Origin: Azolla caroliniana
Lineage: Eukaryota; Plantae; Polypodiophyta
Assembly (NCBI GenBank): GCA_043228905.1
Contig: JBHGNT010000022.1
Coordinates: 3,472,001-3,536,000 of the forward strand
Length of the DNA stretch: 64,000 nucleotides
Reading direction: 5' to 3'
In this document: positions 1 to 13,095 of the stretch, piece after piece
Numbering within the stretch: the stretch's first letter is position 1
How the letters are laid out: every line of letters begins with the position of its first letter
Notes under the pieces: model-generated
What the model saw: the letters and a program-made list of their open reading frames with translations, nothing else
Databases searched by the model: none
What the model was told of the DNA's origin: nothing
Program-made: the position numbers and the translations under genes

Positions 1-190
1 TGCCGATAAGGAAAATTGTAATTCTTGATAGAACGACCTATCGGGTTACCTATAAAAAGGAACCCAAGGCAACGTAACACTATCGTCTGTTTTAGTTAAC
101 ATAGTTTTTAGTTGTAGGAATTCTAAGCACTTGTGTTAATATTTATATAGATCTATATGCTGTTCTACTATAACTGTACTAACTAATAGA
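1..190 (+). repeat. Probable interior of the 5' LTR of Athila-like element A, interrupted by E1
   Basis: AT-rich non-coding DNA with a TATA-like CCTATAAAAAGG near 49-60. The sequence after E1 (8234-8302) ends in CA followed by a TGG PBS-like motif and gag. No TSD confirms continuity. Confidence 0.35.
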
Positions 191-1313
191 TGTCGTGAAG
201 ATTTTCAGTGATAATGTGAAACTTGTAAGAAACATACGAAATCGAGCGTGGTTCTTCTCAAAAAATATAAAACAATAATAGTAAAGATACTATTTTAAAT
301 AAGTTTAATATCTTGGTACAAAAAGATGGAGGTCTTGAAGAGCTTCTAAATGTACTTTACTACGTAGGAAACAAACATCTAAGTGTCAAGTTATGTGGGT
401 ATGAAATTTGCAAAGAAGAAGAGAAAAATATGTGATATGCCACATAGACAGGAAAAACAAGGAACCCACCATATATAAGGCAGAGCAAAAACTATTACCT
501 TTGTGTCTATGTGTGGAGCATAGAAAGGTTAAGTTGTAGGACTTAACAAATGGATGTAGCCAAATGCATATAACTATGTGTTTTGGACGAATCCGGCGAC
601 AACGACCGACGGGATCCGACGACGGCGATCGACGGGATCTGGCATCCGACATCACCGGTGACCGACGGAGCTGACGAGACGACGACCGGATGGAGAAATG
701 CCTTGTAAATATACATTAATAATATATGTGTGTGTGTATTCAAAAGGAGTGCAAGTGAAGACCTAATCCTTGCACCTCCACATTGAGAGTCTATAGACTT
801 ACCACTAGGCTATGTCATTTCTTTAGAAATGTTTTCCCTATCATTATAGTTTTACATGTAAATTCTCATATTAGAGCTTAATTGAGTGAGATGTGATGCA
901 TTAGCGCCAAATGGAAAACATGCATCACATGCATTCCATGCATTGTATGCATGACTTGTACCCTCACATGCATCATATGCATGGGTGCGTCTATAAAAGG
1001 ATGGATGAAAAGGATCAAAGGTGTTGTGTATTATTCAAGAATTTAAGAAGAAGAAAACTTTGTTCTCCAATTGATGGTGTATCTTATTTCCTAAATCTAA
1101 AGTTAAGGGTCCAAACTTAATCTCTCTCTATCTCTCTCACGCCATATCAATCTCTCTCGACCCAAAGTCGAGCGTTAAAATCTCTCTCTCTCTCTCTTTT
1201 AATCTATCTTAAAGCCTTTCTTGCTAAAGCTAGTGCCAACTTCGAGTCCTTCCGGTCCAGAACCCCGGCGGTTCCGCCTCACGATCCGCGCGTAGTGACG
1301 GATCTTCACGACA
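191..1313 (+). repeat. E1 5' LTR
   Basis: 12-bp terminal inverted repeat TGTCGTGAAGAT...ATCTTCACGACA. Near-identical to 7133-8233. TATA-like CTATAAAAGG at 991-1000. Confidence 0.93.
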
Positions 1314-1321
1314 TAATAAAG

Positions 1322-1339
1322 TGGTGAACCCGACGTGAA
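1322..1339 (+). promoter_or_regulatory. E1 primer binding site, tRNA-Trp
   Basis: TGGTGAACCCGACGTGAA, 8 nt after the LTR, is complementary to the 3' end of plant cytosolic tRNA-Trp as recalled (...TTCACGTCGGGTTCACCA). Confidence 0.8.
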
Positions 1340-1380
1340 AGAGGCGGTAGGAAGGATCCAGTCGAGACCAATACTTGGAG

Positions 1381-3577
1381 ATGGCGTCCTCAAGGAATCA
1401 AGCGGGAGACTTCGAAAGGATGATGTTGATCGTCGAGCAAATGATGAGATCTCGAAACAACGATGCGAGCGTGGAGAAGGCCGTCGACCGTGTCATAGAG
1501 CTCGAGGGTCAATTCGATGGAAGGAACACTACAAAGTTCCTTGATGCATACAAAAGGGAGATGAATCAAAGGGACGTGTCTGAAGTGTGGGAAATCACAA
1601 GTTTCAAGAGAGTGGTCGCCAACAACATCCAAAGGTGTGTCATCGAACTTTAAGAAGGGAAGACAACGTGGTCGGAGTTCGAGAAAGCGATATTAGCGGA
1701 GTTCGCGACAGAAGATTTGTCGAGGATGACTCGACATTCCTTGATGAAGTGGATAGAAAAGAAGAATAAGAAGATGAGCGCTTCGAGGGTGTACGACGAA
1801 TTTGACCAAATGTCTCGTTGTCTCCCCAACACGGACCAAGTGCTGCTTGAAGAGGACAAGACTTTGTACTTCTTGAAAGCTGTGGACATGAAGGATAGAC
1901 GAGAATTGGGGACTCTTCTCGAAGACGATACCCAAGCAAATGGGCTTGTGGCTGACTGGGTTGTGGTGAAGTGAGCATGGAATAGGCTCAACAAGCGTCG
2001 TCAGTGGGTTGATGACACCGACTTGGCGGGATTGACTGTTGCGGAGAAAGCAAGACAACCGAAAGTAGCCGAGCCACCCAAACAAAGCAGCCCGGAAGAA
2101 AGAAAGATTGATGATGACATCATCGAAGAGCTAGCGAAGAAGTTCAAGAAGGTCACGCTAGCCAACATGAATCGTCGGGGGCCCAAAGGAAAAGAACCCT
2201 TTAGATGTGTGTGGTGCGATAGCATGGACCACATGAGAAGGGATTGCGCGAGCCTTCGAGAGGCGATCCGACAAAATATCGTATACATAGAGGACAACAT
2301 GATCTGCTCGACTGAAACTCAAAGACCCCTACGGGTGAATTTCGGAAGAGGGGGAATGAAGAAGTCTATGGAAGATGCTGAGGCGACTCTGTGGATGTGA
2401 TGCACTATGCTGCAACGGCCGGAATAAGAGTCGGGAAAGACAAAAATGAAGTTGCGAAAGTGGGAGCAAAGTTTTGGTCTTCCGTTCTCGAGTATGAGAA
2501 GATGGGGAAGGTCACATTGAACGAGGTAGAGCTTGCGGACCGAAGCGTGCAAAGCATAACCAGGTGGTCGGATACGGTGGATGACAACACCATACTCGTG
2601 GAAGTGATGTGTGACAACCACGAGGTGTTCGTCGAAGAAAAAAGAAAAAGAATAGAAGAGCAAGGCCCATCAAAAAGACATGAAACAAGGAACGTGAAAA
2701 AGAAAGAAGATGCAGAAACGAGTTGATCTTTACAAATGGAGGAAGGAGACACTAGCCGAAAAGCGGAGTCGAGCAAATGAGTTGAAGAAATGGTTCGGCC
2801 CGTGAAGATTGGTGTCGAAGACCTCGCTTGAAAGACAAGGACTATGCCTACCTATAAGCTAAGGTCGGACATAGGGCAGATGACAAACCTAAAGAAGATT
2901 CTCGAGGAACACGTTCTTGACAGCCATGTGACTTTGTCCTTGAGGGAATTACTTGGCATTACGAAGAAGGAGTTCCACGACACGATCGTGGACCTTGTTA
3001 AGTGAAAAAGGCAACAATCGGACGAAGACGAAGAGAAGCCACTAAAAGCGAAAGCAAATAACATAACGATGGCAAGAGAAGAAGTCGATGAAGAAATGGT
3101 GGACAACCACTATACTTGACCTCATTGGGCACGAGCGACAACGGAGATGCCGGTGAAGATCAGGGAGAAGAAAGAGACCGTGGTAGCCTTGATCGACCAC
3201 GGCTCGGAGATCAACCTCATGTCAACTGACTTCTACAAAAAAGGAAGATGGCCAATCAATACAAATCACAGATGGAGATTCGTGCAGCAACAAAGACTAC
3301 GGAGGACTTGTACGGAGCTTGTCCCAATGTTAAAGTCACGATCGAGGATGTGGAGATGGATCAACACTTCTTCGTGCAAGAATTGGCGTCGCATCTTGTC
3401 ATGCTAGGACAACCGTATATCACATCATCTCGGATGGAAACCAAAGTGTTAGACAATGGTGCGGCATTTGCTCAAATAAAAAGTCTTGACAACCAAAGAT
3501 CTGTTCAATTCCTAACAATGCGAGCTAATCATGAAAGAAATCGAGATAGTCTTGGAGGTGAATCCTCGGATTTTTAG
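1381..3577 (+). pseudogene. gag: E1 gag-protease ORF1, disrupted
   Basis: Fragments 1375-1653, 1717-1974 and 2023-2400 share a frame. Knuckle CVWCDSMDHMRRDC. Protease motif ALIDHGSEINLM (from 3147) is in frame with the preceding gag C-terminal region. Ends GAT TTT TAG. Confidence 0.8.
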
Positions 3578-3630
3578 AGCAGACTATTGAAGCATGGGGC
3601 ACAAATAGTCCGAGCGATCACAAGTCCCCA
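3568..3630 (+). promoter_or_regulatory. Putative -1 ribosomal frameshift signal (G GAT TTT plus H-type pseudoknot)
   Basis: Heptamer 3568-3574 directly before TAG; 7-nt spacer; stem GACTATT(3582-3588)/AATAGTC(3604-3610); loop TGGGG(3595-3599) pairs with CCCCA(3626-3630). The -1 frame is open into ORF 3652-3939. Confidence 0.7.
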
Positions 3631-6600
3631 CAAGAAAGAGGAGAGCATGGATTGCGAGGAGAAGCAACATGTGTCACACCTAGTGGCACATGTAAACTAG
3701 TACTACCCGACAAGGAGGACAACCGTCGGATACAAGAATTCGAGAAGATGCTGAAAGAAGAAAACATAATAGAAGAAGAAGAGTTCGTGACTCATATTAT
3801 GGAAGAAGCCTCATTTAACGACACCATCGGCGAAATTGAGGACGTTGTGGCCTTGAGCTATCTTCATGACCAACGTGTGATTTGGTTAAGTCCGTCAACA
3901 TGTACGCTATCATCGATGAATACTATCGTGACATCTTGATGGAGGAAACTGAAGTCAACACAAAATATAAAATGGTGGATAAGAAGATCAAGCCAGTTGT
4001 GGTTCCGTTACCGGAAGATAGCTGGCAAAAGATGAAGGAAGTTGCTAACGATCCAAGCTTAAGAGATCCGAAGAAGATAGGTCATATCTTCACCAAAGAG
4101 ACGAAGGGAAAGTTATGAGTTGGAAGGGAGGATTTCCTCCTCCCTGAAGAAGAGCGAATGTTTCGCGACATGCTTGAGAGACATGGGAAAGCTTTCGCAT
4201 TTTTCCCACTAGAAATCGGATGTGCTGATCCAAGGACAATAGAGCCGATGGTGATCTTCATGGTGCCGCATGTGCCTTGGAATTTGAAACCGATACCAGT
4301 TCCAAGAGCGCACCTTCCGAAGCTAATCGAGCTCTTAAAGGAGAAAGTGAATATGGGTATTCTAGAACCGTCAAATGCTCCTTACTCTAATAGGTGGTTC
4401 ACAGTGTCGAAAAAGAATGAATCATTGCGATTCATCCAAGATCTTCAACCCGTCAACAAGTTGACAATTCGAAATGCTCGAATCGGTCCGAGCGTGGACG
4501 AATTTGCCGAGGCATTTGCGGGCTGGTCCATCTACTCGATTGGTGATCTCTACTCCGGATATGACCAATTCCAATTGGTGATCGACAGTCGTGACATTAC
4601 AACCATGAGGACTCCGATCAGGCTTGTGCGGATGTGTACCTTACCTCAAGGTGCAACGAACTCGGTGGCTCATATGGTGAATGCCATGAACAAGGTCTTA
4701 AAGGATTGCATCCTAGACATCACGATGCCGTTCTTGGATGATATTCCGATAAAAGGATGTTCGGATGAGGAGAAAGATGAATCGAAAGATAAGGAAGGGT
4801 GTAGAAAGTTCGTCGTGGATCATATGAAAGATTGCGAGAAGGTGCTTCAAAGGCTCGAAGATGCGAATTTGACATTTTTGGGAGAAAAATCCGCGTTCGG
4901 GCAACCGAAGATCTTGGTGGTAGGTCACTTGTGTGGAGCATACGGCCAGAAGCCTTCGCCATCCAAAGTGAATGCGATCCAAGACATGAAAGAAGAATAC
5001 GAAAACCAAATGGAGGTTCGAAGGTTCCTTGGAGCATGCGCATTTTACCATATTTGGATTCCGCACTATGCCCATGTCATCGAGCCTTTATATGGGTTGC
5101 TAAAGAAAAGAATGAAGTTCGAATGGCGAGACGAGCACACGAACGCGATGCGAAGATTGAAGAAACTACTTCTTGAAGCTCCAACACTAAGAAAAGCCGA
5201 CTATACCGAAGGAAAACCGATTTATGTGACTGTCGATACAAGCCCAACCAGAATCGGGTGGGTCATCAACCAAGAAGGAGAAGATAATGCGCGGTATGCC
5301 ATCCGGTTCGGAGCAAAGGTTCTCAGCAAACAACAACAAAGATACGCCCAAGTCAAGCGAGAACTTTGGGGTATTGTGTTGGCAGTGAAGATGGACAAAG
5401 ACTACCTGATCGGATCGGAAGTAATAATTGAGACAGATTGTCTCCCAATCCTCGGAATGATCTCAGGTTGTGCAACACCAAATCTAGCTATGCTAAGGTG
5501 GATCGCCTATATCAAGTCTTTAAACCCAGAGATCCGCCATATTGCAGGGAAGAAGAACGCCATGGTTGACATGCTATCGAGGGCAAGTTTTGAGAATGAA
5601 GGTGATATGGTTTCGGAAGATGAAGACGTCACCCTCGACTTCTTCAAGATGGCTCCACTATCGGCGGAAGACAAGGGCACGCTAACCCTCCACGCATTCA
5701 ACGAGGACGAGTACGAAGGGGAGTGGTTACTAATCGGCAGATTCCTAAGAACGATGACGACGGATGCTTCGTTGACGAAGGAGGAGGCCCTACTAATCCG
5801 GAAGAAAGCTTACCAATACTTCTTGAAGGGAGGATTCCTTTGGCGACAACCAAAAAGAAGGACAGGGATACCATGTCGAGTGGTGGTGAAGAAAGAAGAG
5901 CAAGTGACACTAATGAACGAATTCCACAAGAGTGCCTGGGTAGGTCATAGAGGAACATGGGCGACGTTCGAGAAGTTGAAGGAGAAGTAATGGTGGCCAA
6001 GCATGTACAAAGATGTACTCCATTCGTGTCCACATGCGAAACATGCCAAGTACATTCGAATATCCGTCATTGTGATGAGCTACGACCGACATACCCACTC
6101 ACCATACACTTCAAATGGATGGTGGATCTGGTCTCAATGCCAATGGGAGTGGGACAAGTGAAGTACTTAGCTCTGGCAAGAGAAGACTTGACAAATCAAG
6201 TGGAAGGATGGGCCTTGACAAATAAAACGGCATCAGCTGTTTGCAAATTTCTACTTGAAGAGGTTGTCTGTCGATACAGATGTGTGGGAAAGATAGTTGC
6301 TGACCGAGGGGAGTTGGATGGACACGAAGCAACGGAGCTCTTCGAACGACTAGGCGTGAAGCTCTCCCTCACGACTGCCTACAATCTAGAAGCGAATGGG
6401 AAGATCAAGCGAGGGCATGGACCTATCGTTAAAGCCATCGTACGGGCATGCAACGATCGAGTAGGGAATTGGCCACGACTATTGCCCTATGCCTTGTGGG
6501 CTGACAGAACGACACACAGCTCGGGGACAGGGTATATGCCAACGGAGCTTATGTATGGACAAAAGCCGGTAATGCCCATCGAAAGGACGATCGCCTCATG

Positions 6601-7060
6601 GGTAGCGATACCATGGGAGAACGAGATGAGCCGACAAGAGTTATTAGTGGCACGGATAAGGAAACTTGAAAGGAGACCTGAAGATCTAGAAAAAGCGCGA
6701 AAGATGATGGAGGCAGCCCGAGTGAAGAACAAAATTCGGTTCGACAAGACACATCGACTACATCCCAAGAAGATCGAAGAAGGAGATTGGGTATTGGTCT
6801 ACGACAACAGCCTTGACAATCAACACAGTACAAGAAGGAAGTTCGCAAGAAGATGGTTCAGACCGTATATAGTAATAAGTGCCAACGATAATGCAACATA
6901 CCACCTTGTAGAGCTAGATGGATCAAGGATGGCCATACCCATTGCGGGGAAAAGAGTAAAGATTTTCAAGAAAAGACAAGACGAGGATCCTGACCTCGAT
7001 CACCTCGACGATGAAGGTAATAGGGCGGATGTGAATGAAGATGTGGAAGAATCTGATTAA
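3571..7060 (+). pseudogene. pol: E1 pol ORF2 (RT, RNase H, integrase), disrupted
   Basis: ORF 4158-5990 has RT (DLYSGYDQF, LPQGATNS, FLDD) and RH (VDTS, ETDC). ORF 5957-7060 has integrase (CETC, MVDL, ADRGE, GPY/F-like RWFRPY). Confidence 0.92.
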
Positions 7061-7120
7061 TCACCGTCGCCGAAATCTTGCACTCTCTCTTCTTAGCACG
7101 TACCGGAGGACATGCGGTTT

Positions 7121-7132
7121 GGTGGGGGTGGA
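7121..7132 (+). promoter_or_regulatory. E1 polypurine tract
   Basis: G-rich GGTGGGGGTGGA immediately before the 3' LTR. Confidence 0.7.
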
Positions 7133-8233
7133 TGTCGTGAAACTTGTAAGAAACATACGAAATCGAACGTGGTTCTTCTCACGAAATATAAAACAATAAT
7201 AGTAAAGATACTATTTTAAATAAGTTTAATATCCTGGTACAAAAAGATGGAGGTCTTGAAGAGCTTCTGAATGTACTTTACTACGTAGGAAACAAACATC
7301 TAAGTGTCAAGTTATGTGGGTATGAAATTTGCAAAGAAGAAGAGGAAAAATATGTGATATGCCACATAGACAGGACAAAGAAGGAACCCACCATATATAA
7401 GGCAGGGCAAAAGCTATTACCTTTGTGTCTATGTGTGGAGCATAGAAAGGTTAAGTTGTATGACTTAACGAATGGATGTAGCCAAATGCATATAACTATG
7501 TGTTTTGGATGAATCCGACGACGGCGACCGACGGGATTCGGCATCCGACATCACCCGGCGACCGACGGAGCCGATGACACGAAGACCGGACGGAGAAATG
7601 TCGTGTAAAAATACATTAATAATAAAAACATATATATATATGTGTGTGTGTGTATATATTCAAAAGGAGTGCAAGTGAAGACTTGATCCTTGCACCTCCA
7701 CATTGAGAGTCTATAGACTTACCACTAAGCTATGTCATTTCTTTAGAAATGTTTTCCCTATCATTATAGTTTTACATGTAAGTTCTCATATTAGAGCTTA
7801 ATTGAGTGAGATGTGATGCATTAGCGCCAAATGGAAAACATGCATCACATGCATTCCATGCATTGTATGCATGACTTGTACCCTCACATGCATCATATGC
7901 ATGGGTGCATCTATAAAAGGATGGATGAAAAGGATCAAAGGTGTTGTGTATTATTCAAGAATTTAAGAAGAAGAAAACCTCGTTCTCCAATTGATGGTTT
8001 ATCTTGTTTCCTAAATCTAAAGTCAAGGGTCCAAACTTAATCTCTCTCTATCTCTCTCAGGCCATATCAATCTCTCTCGGCCCAAAGTCGAGCGTTAAAA
8101 TCTCTCTCTCTCTCTCTTTTAATCTATCTTAAAGCCTTTCTTGCTAAAGCTAGTGCCAACTTCGAGTCCTTCCGGTCTAGAACCCCGGCGGTTCTGCCTC
8201 ATGATCCGCGCGTAGTGACGGATCTTCACGACA
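7133..8233 (+). repeat. E1 3' LTR
   Basis: Direct repeat of 191-1313, ending CTTCACGACA. Lacks 21 bp near its 5' end. Confidence 0.93.
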
Positions 8234-8355
8234 ACGTTTGGAACAGAACGTTCCATTTTACTGATTGTCGGTGACAGAGTAGGTTGTCGACCGAACAACA
8301 CAGTAATTTTGGCATGCTCGGTTACATTTGCATTTACCAGAGAATAGTCGAATGG

Positions 8356-11300
8356 ATGTCGTTTGGTCCGGATATACCAGTCGATCGTAAACGTCCTCGT
8401 ACACGATCAGTTAAGAAGTGTGTTGAAGAGGATTCTGCTGCAGTTGACCAACAACAAACAAGTTAGAGGTGGTCTTCAGATCCCCACTTAACCGATAGAC
8501 AGTCGGAAGGAAATAAGTCTGAAGAGGTATTAGTTTACGATATCTAGAGTGAAGACAATATGCCTTACCCTTACTCGAAATATCGAGATGGCACTGATGC
8601 AGATGCGCATATTAGGGACTTTTTTGACAACATGGGAAATAAACCATGGAGCTCAGAGACTATCGGCAGCAGCCGAGGATAAGTCTAAAGTTGCCAAGTT
8701 TGTTTTGTCATTAGATGGCCAGTTGACAAATTGGTTTGCTCAGAATGGTTTCTGAGGGTTCGAAACATTCGAACAATTAACCAACAAATTTATTCAATTA
8801 TTTCATCGACAAATTCCTCAGAAAGATCTGATAGCCCAATTTTATGCATCGTATCAAGAACCGCATGAAACGGTGTCACAGTTCGTCATTCGATTTCAGA
8901 ATCTACAACTCCAAATTTCCAGGTGAATTCCAGATCAAGAATTAAAGGATATCTTTTTGGAGGCAATCTGTGAACCACTACGAACAACATTAACAATATT
9001 CGATTTCCAGCATCAGTCAATTGATCAAGCGATTGATAAGGCAATTGCTATGGATCGGAATCACAAAAATAAAAAAAGTATGGACATGTCGGTGTTACAC
9101 CATAATCTGCTGGCTTTAGAGGAGTTATAGTTTCAACAAGAAGTGCAATGTACCACTTGTCTCAACACTAGGCATTCAACAATAGAATGCAGTCTGTGCA
9201 CTCATTGCACAATCTGTCACTCCAAAGCTCACTCCGTAGAGCAATGTGAATATAATTTGCTTAATAAAGCAACAACGTGTGTATGACAAATTCATCCGGA
9301 GAATGGTTACCAAGACAACCATAACAGGTTTCAACAATAGGTATCAGGAGGATGATCGGTATGATAATCAAAATTCTTCGGATAGGTGACTGAATAATGA
9401 TTGGAATGATTATTGGCGGAACGATAGTTATGATTCGACTCGTGGTGAAGCTCGAAAACATGATTATCGAAGCGATGATCGCAATAATCGAGATCAGGAT
9501 TTCTCACCCCCTCGGGATAATGGTCGTCAACAATATAAAGGGGGTCGTTATCAGAATAAACAAAATCGACCATCCAACAAAAAATTTCATAAGCCAAAAG
9601 CATTTATGCAATTTCAGCATGATTCTCAGAGAGAAAACCTTGATTTCAACGATGTTCGATGTCCACAAATTGAATAGGGGGAAACGAGTGGTTCATCAAT
9701 CCCAAATTGCTATATTTGCAGGAAAGATGGGCATTATGCAAATAAATGTCCGACTAAAGACAAGGGAAAAGCACCTGCTGTTAATATGATGGTTCCAGAA
9801 ATTCAGCAGGTAAATACCAGAAGTAAAGGTAAGCAATCAGAATGGGAAATCTAGGAAGCTGTTAGAAAAGTAGCCAAAGAATGGGTTGAAGAAGCGAATA
9901 AAAATAATGCGTCCAGAATGCTACAGGATAATGAGATAAACCAAGTAAACGAGCTACCCGGATCAGTACCAATACAAGAACAGGAAGAAGCTTGGAAAAT
10001 CTTGGCAGATTGTCAAGTTTCATTACCCTTAACCAGCTTATTGAAATTAGTTCCACGGTTCACAGAGAAAGTGACCACTTTGATTGCACAGAAAGGGGTA
10101 GAACAAGTATTGGTTAATTATAATCAACCGAACAATAGTCCGATAATTATGGATAAGCAAAATCCATCAATAAAAATAATGATTCATGGACAAGAAATAG
10201 ATGGGACTATTGTAGATGGCGGATCAGGAGTAAATGTAATCAATAAAACTACCTATGATAAGCTTGGTATCACTAAATGGGAGGCATGTCCATTATGGTT
10301 ACGAATGGCTGATACCCGTACGGTACGACAACTCGGCGTAATCAGACAACTAGATGTCATTTTAGGGGGACATACTTTTCAAATATCACCAGTAGTGCTT
10401 CATTTGGAGGCTCCTGGAGCATATCCCTTGTTATTAGGCTGACCATGGTTAAAGACTGCAAATATTAAGTAGAATTGGAATAAGAATTTATTAACATTCC
10501 GGAAAGGAAAGAATAAAATTCGGGTTTATTCGGCTAGTAAAAAAGGCTACATGGTTAAGTTCGATCATGGTCGTACCAAAGAAAAACGGCAAGCTTCGGG
10601 TTTGTGTTGACTATCAGAAACTTAATGTAGCGATGGTGACAGATGCGTTTCCACTATCGTTCATTGACGGTGTATTAGATACAGTCGCCGGTCACGAAAT
10701 GTACAGTTTCCTACACGGCTTTAGTGGATATAATCAAGTAAGAATGCACCCGGATGATCAAGAAAAAACTGCCTTTGTCACTGAATGGGGAGTATTTGTG
10801 GTTGTCGTAATGATGTTTGGTTTAAAAACGGCCCCAACCACATTTCAAAGAGTAATACAAGAAATTTTTGGTGATTACATTCCTGCGTTCATGCAAGTTT
10901 TCTTAGATGATTTTTCCGTCTATAGTCGGAAGTCGGAGCACTTCGAACATTTACGATGATGTTTGGAACACTGTCGGAAAGGTAGGCTTAGCTTAAATCC
11001 GGCTAAATGTGCGTTTGGAGCCACAAGTGGAACATTATTAGGGCACATCGTCAGTTAGGAAGGAATTGCAGTCGACTCGGATAAAGTCCGAGCAATAATG
11101 GATGCACCGGCACCAACCAATGCAAAAAGCCTTAGTCGATTTTTAGGACATATAAGATGGCACAACCGGATGATGAAATACCTTGCTAATGTCGCAATAC
11201 CATTGCATACAATGGTACATAAAACACCTTTTCAATGGACGTCTGTCGAACAAGATGCATATGATTGTCTGAAGAAAATGCTTTCTAAAGTTCCAATAGT

Positions 11301-13095
11301 GCAACCTCCTAATTGGAACAAGCCTTTTCATGTGTTCATCGATGCATCAGACGTAGCAATTGGGAGCTCACTAATGCAATTGTCTGAACCAAATTGGTAT
11401 CGACTAGTATATTACGCAAGTCGAAAACTTTCCACAGCGGAAAGGAATTATTCGACAACTGAAAGAGAAGCTTTAGGAATGGTGTACAATATTAATAAAA
11501 TCCGACATTACCTTTTAGGGAGGAAATTCACCTTTCATGTCGACCATTCCGCTTTATTCTATTTAGTGTCTAAACAAGAACTTACAGGCAAATTAGCAAG
11601 ATGGACGTTATTGCTCCAAGAGTTCAAATTTGACATTCTCCATCGACCAGGAGTACAACATGCCGTTGCAGATTACCTTAGCCGGTTGGAATCAGGAGAA
11701 GAAGGAATGGGTGTAAAAGATGATTTTCCGGACGACCACCTCTTTAGAGTTGACATAGTTTCTGCCCATTAGATGAATGAAGAACTGGCTGATGCATGGA
11801 TTACAGAGATGGCATTTTTTCTCACAACGGGATTACCACCCGAACATATGTCAATTGATTAAAGGAAACGACTTGCTGTTCAGAGTCGAAATTTTTGTCT
11901 CTTAAATGACAGTTTATATCACAAAGGGGCTGACGGTATTTGGCGGTGTACGGTTCGACAGTTTGAGAAGGAAGCAATTCTGCAGGAAACTCACTGTGGT
12001 GTCACTGGTGGACATTATGCAGGAGAAGCAACAACCAAGAAAATTTGGAATAGTGGGTTATGGTGGCCGACAACAACGAATGATGCAGTCGAATACTACT
12101 AACAATGTGATTTATGTCAAAGAATTGGACAACCAACAGAAAAGGATAGAATGCCTTTTCAACCAGTATTACCCTTAGAACCATTTCAGAAATGGGGACT
12201 GGATTTTGTCGGTCCATTTAAACCAGCAGCTGTATGAACGGGGAATGTTACATCATAGTCGCTATGGACTACTGCACAAAATGGGTGGAGGCTAAACCTT
12301 TGAGAGATAACACGACAACATCAACAACTAAATTCTTATATGAAAATATCTGGTGTCGATTCGGTTGTCCTATCGAATTAGTAAGTGATCAATGTACTCA
12401 TTTCATTAATAAAATTATACATTAATTATCAACATATTATGCCCTAGTACATAAGAAAAGTACTCCTTACTACCACAAGCTAATGGACTAGCAGAATCTA
12501 CAAATAAAACACTGCAAATTATTCGCAAGAAAATAGTAAATGAGATAGAATAGATTGGGATCAGAAGCTAAATAGTGCTCTATGGGCCTATCATACATCG
12601 TATAAAACGGCTATTAAATCCACTCCATTTAGGATGGAATTTGGGTTAGAAGCAGTAATGCCGATAGAATTTCAAGTTCCAACACTTCAGGTACAAGTTA
12701 CCGAAAGATTAGAAGAAGTAAAATCGGAACAAGTTTAGAAACAACAATTACTGTTGTTAGAGGAGAGTTGAATTCAAGCAATGTCGGCACTGGAGCAAAA
12801 ACAACGTCAAACAAAGGCATTCGTAGACCGACATAGATGGCAAAAAGAAAACCAATTCGCAATCGGAAAATTAGTTTTAGTTTTCCAGACTAAAATGGGG
12901 TCTATGCCCGACAAACTTCGATTTCGGTGGACGGGGCCATTCTGGATTGTCGATAGCAAAAATGGTACGTATCAAGTAGGCACGCTGTCAGGAGAAATTT
13001 TACCAAAATGGGTAAATGGTTTTTGACTCAAACCCTATCAGGGTTCGATGCCGGAAAATCCCTTTAAGGTTGTAAAAGAAACCGACGCAACGTGA
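8356..13095 (+). pseudogene. pol: A gag-pol, many stops, internal deletion near 10530
   Basis: ORF fragments 8549-8755 (gag), 9918-10442 (PR), 10567-10959 (RT), 11098-11772 (RH), 12234-12425 and 12781-13026 (INT). Confidence 0.85.

Larger units (their letters stand above)
191..8233 (+). mobile_element. E1: full-length decayed Ty3/gypsy non-chromovirus LTR retrotransposon (Phygy-like, inferred)
   Basis: Two ~1.1 kb direct LTRs, tRNA-Trp PBS, gag with CCHC knuckle, PR, then RT-RH-INT in gypsy order, and a PPT. No chromodomain. Several stops and frameshifts. Confidence 0.93.

Noticed and set aside
911-1120. His/Met/Cys-rich peptide MENMHHMHSMHCMH (also 7831-8040)
   Set aside because: It spans the LTR TATA box and reflects the CATG-rich cluster; treated as a DNA motif instead.
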